This document shows, piece by piece, positions 43,287 through 64,000 of a stretch of 64,000 nt of DNA (positions are counted from its first letter, which is position 1; each line of letters starts with the position of its first letter). This stretch comes from Salpingoeca rosetta (taxonomy: Eukaryota; Protista; Choanoflagellata). Both the position numbers and the translations under genes were made by a program. The stretch is taken from the NCBI GenBank assembly GCA_033442325.1, contig JAWQFM010000023.1:1087908-1151907 (forward strand), read 5' to 3'. Under the pieces are notes generated by a model. The model made no database searches, had not been told where the DNA came from, and saw only the letters and a list, made by a program, of their open reading frames with translations.

Positions 43287-44710
43287 ATGATGACGATGAC
43301 GATGAAGATGATGTTGGTGCGAGGTGTTGGATGGCGTGCGTGTGCATGCGCCTCTGTGTGCATGGGCGGTGTCGCTGCCGCCGTGGTGCATGAGCAGCAG
43401 CAGCAGCAACAGCCGCCGCTACAGCAGGGTGCAGGAGTGGTGTGTGATTGGCTCCCACACCAACACCAACAGTCTGCGTTGCGTATGGCACACGGCGCGT
43501 GTCTGAAGCCACATGACAACAACAACAACAAGCAACATAGCAATCACGACAGTGAACGCAAGAACGGCGCGGTGTCGCCATGGGCATGGCGCCGTTCAGG
43601 AACGGCAGTCACTGACTTCCCTTTGATGAGGGCAATAAGGGCGGCTTGGAGGCACGCGAAAGAGGCACTGGTGCCTTCAAGCATGCCGTGGCAGTTCGAT
43701 CACGGCCTGCACATGCAATCACTGCAGCGCGAGAACAACGAGCGACAGCAGGAGCGACAGCAGGGCCGGCGGGGTTTGGTGGCTGCTGCTGTCGATGAGA
43801 CAAGCAGGAGTGATGATTGGGGTGAGGCAGATGCTGGCACAACCACGGGAGACCAGCCGTCAGACATCACTGACAACAGCACCAGCGGTGGTGACACTGA
43901 TGAGAGCACGTTGGAGACCGGCAAGCTACCACTCCACCTTGCCTACATCATTCAGTCCGCACGCCACGCCCTAGACCAAGAAGATTACCAGAAGGTGTGT
44001 GTGTGTGTTTATGTGTGTGTGTGTGTGTGGTGTGGTGTGCTTGTAATCCTGCGCCTTTGGAATTCCACCTTTCTCATCATTCACCGCCTGAAACAGGCAG
44101 CCAAGCTGTACGACAAGGCGGTGGCTGAGGCGCAGAAGAACAACCTCGCCCAAAGCCAGATTGGCGCACTCGCATCTGTGGTGCGTCCACTTGTGTGAAT
44201 GTGTTTGCGTTGTGAGACATGTGGGCATTGAGTTGGATCGTGCGGTGTTGGGTGTTAATGTCAATGTCCCACGCTTCATCCGAACGCCTTCGAGACAATA
44301 CCTGACGCCTTCATCGCACTGCGTAACGCCTTCATCACACTGCATCACCCATAACCACCGCCGTTTTAGGCTGGCAACGTGCACTTCCATTTGCGCCATT
44401 TCCGCCGCGCCATTGAGTACTTTACCCAGGCGGTGCAGGCTGTGGTGACTGAGAGCCAGGGTGCGCCGGACGCACGTGCGATTGAGCTGTCTCTCAAGCT
44501 TGCAGAGTGTTTCAGCGGCATTGGCGAGGCGGACAAGGCCGAGAGTGGGCTGGACTGGTGTGTGCAGCAAGCGCGTGCCCTCAAGGCAGCCAGCACCGAC
44601 GACGACAAAGGCAACGTGCGTGCATCTGTGTGTGTGTGTGTGTGCACCTGTGCGTTTGTGCGTATGTGTGTGTGCACCTGTGCGTTTGTGTGTGTGTGTG
44701 TGCACCTGTG

Positions 44711-44781
<71 letters not shown>

Positions 44782-45061
44782 GTGCATGAGTATGCGCGCG
44801 AATCTATGTCTGTGTTCTCACATGCAGTGATGTCTTGCATTACCTCACTCTCCCATGTCCACGTGCTGTCGTTTGCATGTGTCAGGCGGATGCCATGTAT
44901 GGCTTGTGTCTGGAACAGCACGGCCTCTTCCTCATGGGCCATGGCAGGCCGCAGGTACGCTCACCCATTCGCCCAGGACGCCTGGGTTTTGTGTGCGTGC
45001 CTGCATGTGTGTGCGTGTGTGTGTGAGTGTGAGTAGTGTGTGTGTGTGTGTGTGTGTGCGG

Positions 45062-45103
<42 letters not shown>

Positions 45104-45951
45104 ATGTGTGTTTGCGTGTGTACTGAGCAGGGTACACGTGTCCCGTGCTTGCGCACGTGACTCCGCGTGCGCCCGTTCACATTCTCGCTGTTCACTCCAC
45201 CACCAACAACAGGAGGGACGCAAGCGGCTACTCCTTGCTGCAGAGTGCGCCCGCAACTTCAAACCAGAGCCCGTGCCCAGCGCGGTACGTCCACGTGTGT
45301 GTGTATGTGTGTGTATGTGTGCGTGTATGTGTGTGCATGTGTATGTGTGTATGTGCATATGTGTGTGTGCATGTGTGACTTGCTGGCTTGTGTTAGGTTT
45401 GCGCTCAAGCTCACACCTCTCATCACGTGTGTGCATCTGCATCATCGCCACCATTCTGGAACCCACCCCAACAGGCCGCGCGGTGCTACATTTACGCTGC
45501 CCAGTGCAGTCTGGCCGTCGGCGACGTGCACCAGGTGAACTCGAGATGAATTCTGCCTGAAGTGTTCACAAACGTATGCGCACACACGCATGTACGCACG
45601 CGTTCACTCACTCGTTTCACTCACTCACTCACACACACACACACACACACACTCACTCACTCACTCACTCACTCACTCACTCACTCACTCACTCACTCAC
45701 TCACTCACTCACTCACTCACTCACTCACTCACTCACTCAATTACTCTCTCAATCACTCACTCACTCACTCACCTCACCTCACGCACTCCCCCTCCCCCAT
45801 TCCACACAAACAACACGCACAGGCGACCATGGACATTGCGCGGGCGCAAGAGGTGTGCAAGAGCCCGCGGTGCTTGTTCAAGGCAGAAGTACAAGCGCAG
45901 GCCAAGGAGATACAGCGCCTCCACGACGAAGGCGAACACCACCAGCATTAA
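43287..45951 (+). CDS. TTC19: TTC19-like mitochondrial TPR protein (complex III assembly factor)
   Basis: TPR helices. [12 protein letters not shown]...AESGLDWCV and [13 protein letters not shown] resemble recalled human TTC19 (IIEISLKLASIY...AVAGYEFCI; LLGMCLDACARYL). Start Met uncertain among several ATGs at 43287-43310. Confidence 0.72.
45603..45775. repeat. (TCAC)n microsatellite in the last TTC19-like intron
   Basis: Long TCAC run with an embedded CA tract. Confidence 0.92.
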
Positions 45952-46203
45952 CCACGCGCCTGCTTTGCATGCACTGCTCACCGCGCGCGTGTGCAGTGCG
46001 ACCGCGAGTTGCAATTCATCAAATCATAAACGAGCGTGACATGACCAAATTTTGAACAGGCGCAATCTTCTTGCTTGCGTCTTCTTGCCAACCACATACA
46101 CAACACAACACACCAGCTGATCACAAAGAAAGACCAGTCGCCGCCCACACACACCCACCCCCACCTCTGCCCCCACAAGCCCACACGCGCGATCGCCGCC
46201 GCC

Positions 46204-53232
<7,029 letters not shown>

Positions 53233-53304
53233 TTGTGTTTCCTGTGTATGTGTGTGTACTTGTGTAATCGTGTGTGTGCTGTGTGCAGGTGTGTGTGTGC
53301 ATAG

Positions 53305-53393
<89 letters not shown>

Positions 53394-53562
53394 AAGTGTG
53401 TGTGGTGTTCAAACATTTCGCGGCAGGTCCTCAAGAGTTTTCCGACACCATAAAGTTTTCATTTCCCTTCGAACCGTTTTTGTTGTTCGAGAGACAGCGG
53501 TGGTGGTGGCAACCAACAATAAACACCAACAACCAACACCAAACAAGCAGCGACCATCTACC

Positions 53563-56500
53563 ATGAGCGGGGCTGATGATGACATCTACTCGTGAGTGTG
53601 TGTGTGTGTTTGTGCACGAGGCTTCCCTGCTAAGCGACGAAGCTTTCCTGCGAAACGATCAGGCTTAAAGAGTGCTGGGAAGTCTTCTCCTAACCCCCAA
53701 ACCCATGCATCTCCCTTGTTTGCCGGGTTCATTCGTGCGTGTGTTTGTGTTCGTTCGTGCTGCAGGGGTTATGATGACTACGAGGATGCCTTGGACGTGG
53801 AGGTAAGACGTCAAGAAGGATGGCAGAGGGGACAGGGAGCGGAAAAGCGGAAGAGTGTTGCATTGGTTGAGATTGGTGAAAGGTGGTCGTGGCCGGTTTG
53901 CCTTGGCGCACGCAGATGGCCACATCAAGCACCCTCACGCAAATCGACATGTGCATGCAGGGCTTGGATGAGGACACCAACTTCCAGCAGGCGCTGAAGA
54001 CGGCGTATGGCAAGCGTGCAGATTTGAGGACCGCATATGGTGCTGCCGTGAGCGGTGGGGCGCCGATGAGCCAGCGCCTGGCCACCGCATCTGGCCGTGG
54101 CATGACTGGGCGCGGCATGACGGCACGTGGCAAGACGGGTCGCATCTCCACCGCCCGTCTCACCACGGGATACGCTGCAGAGGTTTGTTTGTTTGTGTGC
54201 ATGCGCGCATGTGTGTTTCTGTGTTTCTGTGTGTGTGTGTGTGTGTGTGTGTGCACGTCGCGTTCATGTGTGGGGTTGCCTGTTGTTGGCCACTGTGCGG
54301 GGCCGTGTACTCCGTTTCACTCACATGTTTACCTCTCCACCAATGAAATAGGGGGAAGGCGGTGAGCCGCGCAAGATCAAAGCTGTGGAGGCCGTGGGCT
54401 TTGTCAGCAGCAGAGGTTGGTCTTTACCCAAACGCGCGACTGCACACGCACACACACACACACACGCACACGCACACACACACACACACACACACACTGG
54501 AGCAAGTCGCTGTTCTATGTTGTTTGGTACTCTTTCAGCCGCATGGAGTGCGCCACCACATCGGCAGCCCACTGACACTCTACGCTTGGTCCCCCCTCCC
54601 TTCGGATAACCCCCTTCGCACCATCGCTCCTTGCACCATCATTCCAGGCAACAGCGCGCAGCCGTTTGACCCATCGCGGTCTGTCGGGTCTGCGAAGCCG
54701 CTGGAGAAGGCGGAGGACAGCAGCGAGGAGGCGGCACTGCGCGTATTGGAAGATAAAGTGCATCGCCTGCTCGAGGAAAGCGCAGAGGCAATCGCACAGA
54801 AGGATTTCCAAAAGGTCTGTGTATGTGTGAGTATGTGTGTGTTGTGTATGTGTATGCGTGTGTTGTATGCGTGTGTTGTCTGCGTATGTGGTGTGTGAAC
54901 ATGTGTGCGTGTTTTTGTGATGTGTGTGTGTGTGTGCGTTGGCCAGTGTACGCAATGCATGTGGGTGCAACAACTTGCCAACACCCCTCACGCCTCAATC
55001 CGCCCTCCCCATCCGATCACCACCACCACCACCACCACCACCAGGCGCTTGAGAAGGCAAAGGCCGCGGGGGTGCACGAGCGGGAGTTGACACGGAAGAA
55101 AGAGGCGCAACTCGGACCCGAACAGATCAACCTCGACCTCACATTCGCAGTCAGTTGCTGCCAGACGCATGGAGAGAGAGAGAGAGTGTGTGTGTGTGCG
55201 TGTGTGTGTGTGTGTGCGTGTGCGTGTGTGAGTGTGCGTGAGTGAGTGAGTGTGTGCGTGTGTGTATGTGTGTGCGTGTGTATATGTGTGTGTGGTTGAT
55301 GATTTGCTGTGTTGCGTTGTGAACGTGACGTGTTGTATGGGGCTGATGTTTCAAAGTACAGGAAGCTCATCAGCATCGCATTGTCATCGCCACGACCTTC
55401 GCCATCGTTGCCGCAGGTGCTTGTGCATCTTGCGTATGTGCAGGAGCAGTGCGAGATGTACCCCGAGGCCATCAACACGCTGCTGGTGCTGGTGAAGAAC
55501 AAGACGTTTGACCGCGCTGGGCGGCTGCGCGTGAACATCGGCAACATTTACTTCAAGCAGCAGAAGTACCTGCAGGCTGTCAAGCAATACCGCATGGCCC
55601 TCGACCAGATCCCGAGCGTGCAGCAGGAGATGAGGTGCGAGAACGTGCGTGGGTTGGGGTGCGGGGTAAGGTGAGGGGAAGGGGAAGAGTTTGAAATGGG
55701 TTGGTGGTTGTTTACGAGGTTGTCTGATTGTGCTAGGAATGTTCTATGGCATTGTGCGACTTGCTTGAAACACACAATTACCCCCTTCACACAACACCTC
55801 ACACACATACATACATATATATATATGCAGGAGCGCTGTGCTGAAGAACATTGGGCAGGCGTTTATCCGCATGGGCCAGTATGGTGACGCCATGAAGACC
55901 TTTGAGCACGTGCTTGAGGAGACGCCAGTGAGGGTGAGAAGCGAGAGTGATGGTGCATGGTCTGGCAATTGATGCTGAAGATGATGGCTGCTTTGCTGTC
56001 ACACACACACACACACACAAAAACAGACAAACAAACAAACAACTCGATCAGTAAGAACCACACACACACACACACACACCACCAACTTGAACGACGACAA
56101 CAACATTGCACATGCTCACGCGCACACGTGTCATCAATGTCTTTGTCCTTGTGACAGGAGTTGGATGGGATGGAGGTGAAGGAGCCTGGTGACGACTTTG
56201 ACTCGGCCCTCAACTGCCTGCTGTGCTACTTTGGACTCGGCGACCGGGAGAAGATGAAGCGTGGGTTTGCGCGATTGCTGTCACTGCAACTGCCGACGCA
56301 CGATGAGGACGAGCGGTACATGAACATCCACGAGGACGAGCAGGTGCAGATTTACCTCGACGCGGTCCAAGACGACACGCTGCGGAAACACGAGCTCGCC
56401 ACGAAGAAGAAGGCGGAGGAGTTTGTGCTCAAGGCCGCAAAGCTCATTGCGCCAGGTGGGGCAGGCGTCGTCGTCGTGGTGGTGGTGGTGGTGGAAGCGT

Positions 56501-57587
56501 TTATGTGATTGTTTGTATGTGTGTGTGTGTGATTGTGTGTGTGTGTGTGCGTGCGTTATTCTTGAATGCATGTGTGCATGTGTCGGCCTGCAATCGTGTC
56601 CTGATCAACTCATACTGCACCCGCATCCCTCACACGTTTCCCATCGCCACCATCACCATCATCATCACCATCACCACTATGATTCACATACATCACCGGC
56701 ATTCACATACACCACCATCACGTTCATCAGTGATTGAAAGCTCGTTTGCAGAGGGGTATGACTGGTGCATTGAGCGGGTGAAGGGGTCTGCGTTCAGCAG
56801 TCTCGCGTCTGAGCTGGAGATCACCAAGGCCATCACGTACTTGAAGCTGAAGGATGTCAAGGCGGCAGCGAAGGTGCTCAAGTCGTTTGAGAAGAAGGAA
56901 TCAAACATGCTCTCCACAGCCGCCACCAACCTCTCCTTCCTCTACATCCTGGTAAGCAGTGTCATGGGTGGAGTGTGTTTGCTGTTGTTGCTTGAACTCC
57001 TGTGCATGCTTGCCGCGCAGCCCCCAACTTCGTCTCTCTGCCTCTGTCTCTCCCTCGCACACACACTCTCTGTCACACCCACACACACACACTCACTCTC
57101 TCCCTCTCCCTCTCTCCCTCTCACACTCGCTCTGTCTCACGCACACACACTCACACACACGCACACACACGCTCTCTCTTGCTCCTTCCCAATCGACACA
57201 GGAGAACGACGTGAAGCAAGCCGAGCGGTATGCGGACCTCGCCATGGATGCAGACAAGTACAACCACTGCGGTGAGTCTTTGCTACCAGAAAGTGGAGAA
57301 TGTGTGAATGCGTGTGGGTGTAGGCGCGGAGCGCGTGCGTGCGTGCGTGTGCTTCTCATCAAGTGTGTGCTCACCGTGCCCTCCGTTTATTACACATCCA
57401 CCACACATCGCATCACATGGCCCCTCCTCCTGTGTGGTGCGACGTTTGCAGCGCTTGTGAACAAGGGCAACTGCGCGTTTATGCGGAAGCGGCTGGAGGA
57501 AGCGCAGGAACTGTATCAGGAGGCGCTCGCCATCGACTCGTCGTGTTCAGAGGCCCTCTTCAACCTCGGTGCGCTCTTTCATGTGCA

Positions 57588-57650
<63 letters not shown>

Positions 57651-58886
57651 ATGTGGTTGTGTGTGTTTTTCATGTGGTTGTGCATGTGTGTGTTGTTGTG
57701 CGCATGTGGTTGTGCGCATGTGGTTGTGCATGTGGTCGTGTATGTGGTTGTGCGTGTTGTTGTGCGCATGTGGTTGTGCATGTGGTCGTGTATGTGTTTT
57801 TGCGTGTCCGTAAGTCATTGCCCCGGTTTCCTCATTCTCACCATGCACACTCATTCGCCCCACCACTGCCTGTCGCCGTGCAGGCCTGGTGCACCGCGAC
57901 CTGGGCAACCTGGAGGACGCGCTGGAGTACTTCCACCGCGTGAACTTGCTCGTGCCAGACACGCCCGAGGTGGTCGCCGCAATCGCCGCCCTCAACGAAC
58001 AGCTCGACGACACGGACCAGGTGCTGTGTGTGTGAATGCGTTCTTATGTGTGTGTTGTGTTGTGTGTGTGTATGTGTTTGTCGACTTTGTGCTGTTGTTC
58101 TCACTCTGCCCCGCCAAGACCTCTCTCGTTCCTCACACACTCCCACCCACTCTCCATGCTCCCCAGGCGTGCGAGTGGTACAACACCCTCATTTCCCTCG
58201 TGCCGTCAGATCCCAATGCGCTGGCGCACCTCGGCGACATGTTTGACCGGCTCGACGACAAGAGTCAGGCCTTCCAGTACCACTTTGAGGTTAGCTGTGG
58301 TCGTGTCTTCTGTGTGCATGTGTGTGCGTGCGTGTGTGCGTGTGTGTATGTGTGCGTGTGTGTGTGTGTGCGTCCATGTGTGTGAGAGAGTGTGTGTATG
58401 CGTGTGTGTGTGCATGTGCGTGTGCGTGTTTGTGTGTGGTTTCTTTCTGCCGGTTGTAGGCTTGCGCTGGATGCACGCTCACCCGCTTCATCCTCCATCA
58501 TCATTAACCCCCCCCCCCCACTCCCGCGCGAATATCGCCGCCATCACAGGGGTTTCGCTATTTTCCGGCCGAAATCAACACCATCTCGTGGTTTGGGTCG
58601 TATTACATCGACTCGCAATACATCCAAAAGGCCATCCAGTTCTTCCAACGCGCCGTCGAAATCCAGTTAGTTCGCTGGTATCTGGTAAGGTGTTTGGTTG
58701 GTTGGTTGGTTGNNNNNNNNNNNNNNNNNNNNNNNNNNNNNNNNNNNNNNNNNNNNNNNNNNNNNNNNNNNNNNNNNNNNNNNNNNNNNNNNNNNNNNNN
58801 NNNNNNNNNNNNTTTGGGCTCAGTGCTGATGATGATTCCCCTTTCCAACGCTCACCCAAACGTCCCTCACGCGTGCATATGTGTGC

Positions 58887-58930
<44 letters not shown>

Positions 58931-59559
58931 GCCCGGGGAGGTGAAGTGGCGGCTGATGATTGCCAGCTGCCACCGCAAGACAGGCAACTACCAGCGTGCA
59001 CTCGAGACGTACAAGCGCATCCACACGCTCTTCCCGGAGAACATCGAATGTGAGCACGCTGCAGTGGGCATGTATGGCAGTGTGTGTGTATATGTGTGTG
59101 CGTGCGAGTACATTTGTGCGTCAGAGAGATTTGTTGTTGCTGCGCATGCGCGTGTGCAATCACGTGCGTGCTGATGCTTGTGGCTGCGTCGCTGCGTTCT
59201 CTCGTCTCTACTCTTCATCCTCTCACCTCCGTACCATCACCATCAATACTCTCAACCTACGTCTTCCCACTGCCCGTTGATGTCCAGGCCTCAAGTTCCT
59301 GATCCGGCTGTGCACGGACATGGGGCTGCCAGAGGTGCAGGACTACGCCGTTGCGCTGAAGAAGGCCGAGCAGGCCAAGGAGCGCCGCGAGGTACCACGC
59401 TGCTGCTGCTAGTGGTGGTGGTGGTGGTGGTGGTGAGGGTTATGGTGGTGGTTATGATGGTGGCGGTGGTTGAAGTCTGCGCACTTCTGTGACTTTCATG
59501 TTGTTGACATGTAACATAACGACCAACCACCCATCACCCTCATGTACACACACACACAC

Positions 59560-59652
<93 letters not shown>

Positions 59653-60232
59653 AAACTGTAGCGTGCTGCGAGTGGTCGTGGGAGTGCGCGGCGCTCTGGG
59701 CGGCGCGGGAGTCGACAGGCGAGCGGGAAGCGGCAGCGGTCCGGCCACCGTGCACGCGAAGAGCGACGAAGTGGGCGCGATAGTGCTCGCAGTGTCATGT
59801 CCAGTGATGACGACAGAGATGGCAGAGGTATTGCGCTGCCGATGCTCGTACTCGTGCTTGTGCGAGGGGGGGGGGGTGAGGGGAAGTGGCTGTTTGATTG
59901 CTTTCGTGCTGTGTGTTTGTAGCTGTGAATGTGATGGCTACTATTTGTGTCCATGTTGATGTTATTGTGTTCTACGGATTTGGTCCTCGCTGTGAACTTC
60001 CTCCTCGAGCATCCACACGTACTCTCTGTTCCGCTTCCACTCACGGCTGCGATGGTCGTCGGCAGGCACCGCTGATTTTGGCGGGTCGACGCGCGGACCA
60101 ACAGACTTCTCTGCATCACTCAACCGCACGAACACGCTCGGTCAGTCGAGACGCGCACTCGTGGTCGCGCATGTGCAGACATGTTGCTGTTTATGCTTCG
60201 CACCGTGCATTGTGGCCCAACACACACACACA

Positions 60233-60285
<53 letters not shown>

Positions 60286-60525
60286 ACATGCACATGCACA
60301 TGCACATGCACGCACGCACGCGCGCGCGCGCACAAAACGAATGTTACCCTCTTCACTCACACATCCCCTTCCCGCTTTCACGTGTGTACATGTGTGCATG
60401 TGTGTGCAGATGCGAGCTACAAGGACCCCGTCGGTGCACTGCCGGTTCGGCCCAAGACCGCAGCAAGGAAGGCGGATGATGGCGAGGACTCGTTTGAACT
60501 CGATGAAGACATGCTGCCAGAGTAG
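53563..60525 (+). CDS. IFT88: Intraflagellar transport protein 88 (polaris), many exons
   Basis: [10 protein letters not shown]|[113 protein letters not shown]...RPKTAA; stop TAG at 60523-60525. Confidence 0.97.
58713..58812. other. Assembly gap (N run) in an IFT88 intron
   Basis: About 100 N. Confidence 0.99.
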
Positions 60526-60568
60526 ACGCACACACAACACACACACACACACACACACACATACAGCA

Positions 60569-60619
<51 letters not shown>

Positions 60620-61034
60620 CTCTCTCTCTCTCTCGTGCATCGATCGTATCAGAGAAAGTCCTTGTACTGTTGTCCCTTGTTGCTGTGGTTGCGTGTGCTG
60701 CCCCCTCTCCTCTTGTACCTCTTCTTGCCTGTTCCGCTCGATTTGACATGACATGATGATACGAAAAGCACACAGGCGGAAGTGGCCCAGCATTTACTCC
60801 ACAGCAACAACACGGGTGTGCACGAGGGTGCGAATGTCACATTGGCACAAACATCCCATGCATCACACATCACACACAACAGCAACACTCACGCAACACG
60901 CCACGTCAACGACAGGCACAGCACACACATGCACACGCAACACGCCAGTCAAACGCAACATGCATCAACATCATCGCTTCGCGCACGGCACCGAGGGGGG
61001 GGGGGGGACTAGAATACGAGGGCAACAGCGGTGC

Positions 61035-61780
61035 TCACTTGGCAAGGCCATCAATGACTGACTTAATCTCCTCTGCAGACATGCCGTTGACGGCAAAGTG
61101 CTTCTCCTCACCAAAAGCTGTCAATGGAATCATTCAAGGGAGGCGTGAGAAGGGGCGGGGATGCCACAGATAATGTGCGCACGAAGTAATCGGGGTCGTA
61201 ACAGCGGAGCAGGAGAGAGTGCAGCACTGAAGGACATGTGTCCGTCACACACGCACACACACACGCACATACACAGGAAGATACACACACGTTTGTTTCA
61301 CACACACATGCACGTATGGATGACTTACGCAGGCGAGCTTGTACTTGTGCTTGTGCACCGTTGCATTCGCGAACGAGCACGGGAAGGGAAGGATTGGCCT
61401 TCTTCAAGCTGCTGTAGTACTTTGTGACAAAGTCCCTGTCATGTATGTATATGGAGTCAGTACCAAAGAGGTCACGTGGTGAGGGAACACATCACACCAA
61501 GCAACAACTGGCTTGATTACACGCACAGCACACATTGACGCGTGCACATCAACTACCAAGACACACACACACACTCACTCACTCACAAGCACACACATTC
61601 ACTCACAAGCACACACATCCATTCACGCACACACACTCTCTAACATGCACACACAACGTACACAACCTCCCCCCCCATCAACACACCCACCCACCCTCAC
61701 CCTCACCTTGCGCCTTGGCTGGCAGGGCTTGCGCTGCACAGGTGGATGCGCAGCTCCCGAACAACACGGCCCAAGCTCAT
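61035..61780 (-). CDS. NDUFA2: NADH:ubiquinone oxidoreductase subunit B8 (3 exons)
   Basis: MSLGRVVRELRIHLCSASPASQGAR|DFVTKYYSSLKKANPSLPVLVRECNGAQAQVQARL|..GEEKHFAVNGMSAEEI; matches the NDUFA2 pattern LRIHLCQ.S..S.G.R.F....Y..LKKANP.LPILIREC. Confidence 0.95.
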
Positions 61781-62047
61781 GCTTCTGCTTCCTCTGCTTC
61801 CTCTGCTTCTCTTCGTCTTGCGGATGGCGTTGTGTGGCTGTGGCTGGCGGTGACGAAAATTGTAGTGTGTGATGGCCAATCGTCACAACATTAAACGCCT
61901 GCTGGACCACAAACAAGCGAGTGAGCAGGCAGCAAGCAGCAGGCAGAGGCATCATCACACTCTTCCTCTCTTCGACTTCCACCTGACAGCCTCATCCCCC
62001 TTCCCCCTCCTCACTCACTCACCGTGGTTTGCGTGTGTGCGCGCAAC

Positions 62048-62640
62048 ATGAGCGCGCCAGCGAAGCCAGCGATGGCGCCAACGAGGCTGCTGTTGTTGGT
62101 GGTGGTGGTGTTGGCGCTTGTTGGGGTGAGTGCGCAAGATGTTGTCGCTGTCGTCGCTGCTGAAGATGGTGCGCACACGCCACCTCCTCCTCTGATCTGG
62201 CCGTGCTCGCAAGACGCCGCGACAGCAGTCGGGACCACGACCGCGTTGTGGCTCACCGGCAGCACCATCCAGGCTTGCCGGGATCCCAGCACTGGCGGCG
62301 GGGATACCTGTTGCAGCGTAGATTCGTATCCGGCGGACTCGTTTAACAACCTCACCGCACCCATTGTCTGGCACAACGGGCGCCTGCAGCCGCTGCCATC
62401 CACACGCACGTCGGCGGTTTGCTTCGCCTCCTCCCTTCCATGCACAGGTAATGAGGTCGCCCCGCTTTCCTTTCAGCTCACATTATTGAAGATGCACACG
62501 CGTTTGTGCGAACAAAAATGCGCTCACATGTTTGCTCCAACCATTCACACTCACTCGCTTGCTTGCTCACTCACTCACTCATACACACATAAACATACAC
62601 ATACACACTCGCTTACTCATTCACTCGTCACTCACTCACA

Positions 62641-62692
<52 letters not shown>

Positions 62693-64000
62693 CACGCACA
62701 CAACACAACACACACACACACAAAACACACACAAAACACGCACACAACACAACACAACACAATGCACTCAGGCGGCCTGAACGAAACTACCGCCATCTTT
62801 GCTGTGGCGCCGTATCAGTCAGACCGCAGCTTCGTCACTGCGGCTCAGCTGCGTCAGGTTACCGCGCAGGCGCTGGCATCAAACACCTTGGTCGCGTTTG
62901 TTCACCGAGACGGAAGCGACGCTGCCACGCTCCGTACATCGCTCACAACTCCCGATGCCATTGGCCCTGTGCTCGCCGCAGATACCGCAGGTCAGCACAC
63001 ACACGCACATACACACACACACGCACGTACACACACGCACACACACGCACATACACACACGCACATACACGCACGCACACACACAAACACAGACACAACA
63101 CACACACATAGAGCACATGCTTGTGCATCGTCCTGATGTACCTCTGAAGTGCCGGTTTGTGCCCTGTGTCATCACCCCCTCCCCTTGACCTCATCCCTAA
63201 TGTCTGCACACTACTCCCCCTCCCTCCACTTTCATTCCCACCATTGGCCCTGCAATCGTGACGTGAACAGCTCTGGAAGTGACCACGCAAGCATTGGACC
63301 TTGCTTCGGACCTTGATGGCAGCCTGCACACCAGTGGATATATCAGCACGTCCGCCGTTGCAACACCAAGCAGTCTTCTGCTACAGATCACGCTCGCACT
63401 GCCGCCCAACCTCTCGCCGGCAGCTGTTGGTGCGCTTCAGAACAGCAGCGTACGCGTCAACACGTCGGTGTTTGTTGACGGTTTCCTCGCCGTGCAAGGC
63501 CCACTCACGTTTACGCCGTCCGTTGCATCATCTTCATCGTCGTCTCCGTCCATGCTGTTGCGTCTCGTGTCGACCAACATTGCAGCTACACTGCCACAAT
63601 ACCTCTTTTCCCGTGTGCGCATCGATGCACGCATGGATCTCGCGTCCTCCGCCTTCCCGCGCGTACTCCTCCCAACCAGCGCCGCCAACGTCACCGTATC
63701 CGTGCTTGCAGGCAACCTGCGCCCGCTCACGCTCGCCCGCACTGCCACAGTCGTTTGGTTCCCGAACAGCACCAATTGCAGCGAAATCAGCAACAACGGA
63801 CAACAGCAGCAACCCCAACAGGTGCCAGTGTTCTGGAATGTCCCCGTTGGCGTGTGTTCGCCCGTACCCGCAGACCCGAGCACACACATGCACGTCACCG
63901 TCACACGTGCAAACGTCACTGTCCGCGTGTACGACGACGATGACACGTGCTCATCACCTGCTGTACTGGAGGCGTCACTGCCCCGCCACGAAGCAACTGC
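62048..64000 (+). CDS. Unknown secreted or cell-surface protein, 5' part, continues beyond the window
   Basis: Signal peptide [17 protein letters not shown]|QD; coding-like exons ~62048-62447, ~62772-62990, ~63271-64000 with GT-AG ends; Ser/Thr/Pro-rich with scattered Cys. Confidence 0.6.

Noticed and set aside
46075-46203. N-terminal extension of the NACHT ORF from a TTG start
   Set aside because: Eukaryotic context; the first ATG with a good Kozak-like context (gccgccATG) is at 46204.

Overview
Intron-rich, GC-rich eukaryotic DNA whose introns are packed with (CA)n/(GT)n, (CAAA)n and (TCAC)n microsatellites. The gene content (receptor tyrosine kinase-like gene, CCM2, IFT88, spatacsin) and intron style suggest a choanoflagellate such as Salpingoeca (inference). 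Eleven genes can be reconstructed by manual splicing: an atypical MAPK-like kinase (+), spatacsin/SPG11 (-), ornithine carbamoyltransferase (+), argininosuccinate synthase (-), mitochondrial malate dehydrogenase (-), a CCM2-like PTB+HHD protein with a possible espin-like tail (+), an FN3/Cys-rich receptor pseudokinase (-), TTC19 (+), an intronless NACHT-WD40 NLR-like protein with an MLKL-like N-terminal bundle (+), IFT88 (+), NDUFA2 (-). The 5' part of an unknown secreted/surface protein (+) runs off the window end. Highlights: (1) an OTC-ASS-MDH arginine/aspartate-shunt gene cluster with a prokaryote-like OTC, in which both arginine genes carry odd lesions (a frameshifting deletion in OTC; a 72-nt duplication replacing a conserved ASS segment); (2) a candidate NLR-type receptor fused to an MLKL-like executioner domain; (3) a CCM2-espin-like fusion; (4) a catalytically dead RTK with a repeated, unrecognised Cys-rich ectodomain module. 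Family assignments come from recalled motifs, not database searches. Most short ORFs in the track are microsatellite translation noise.
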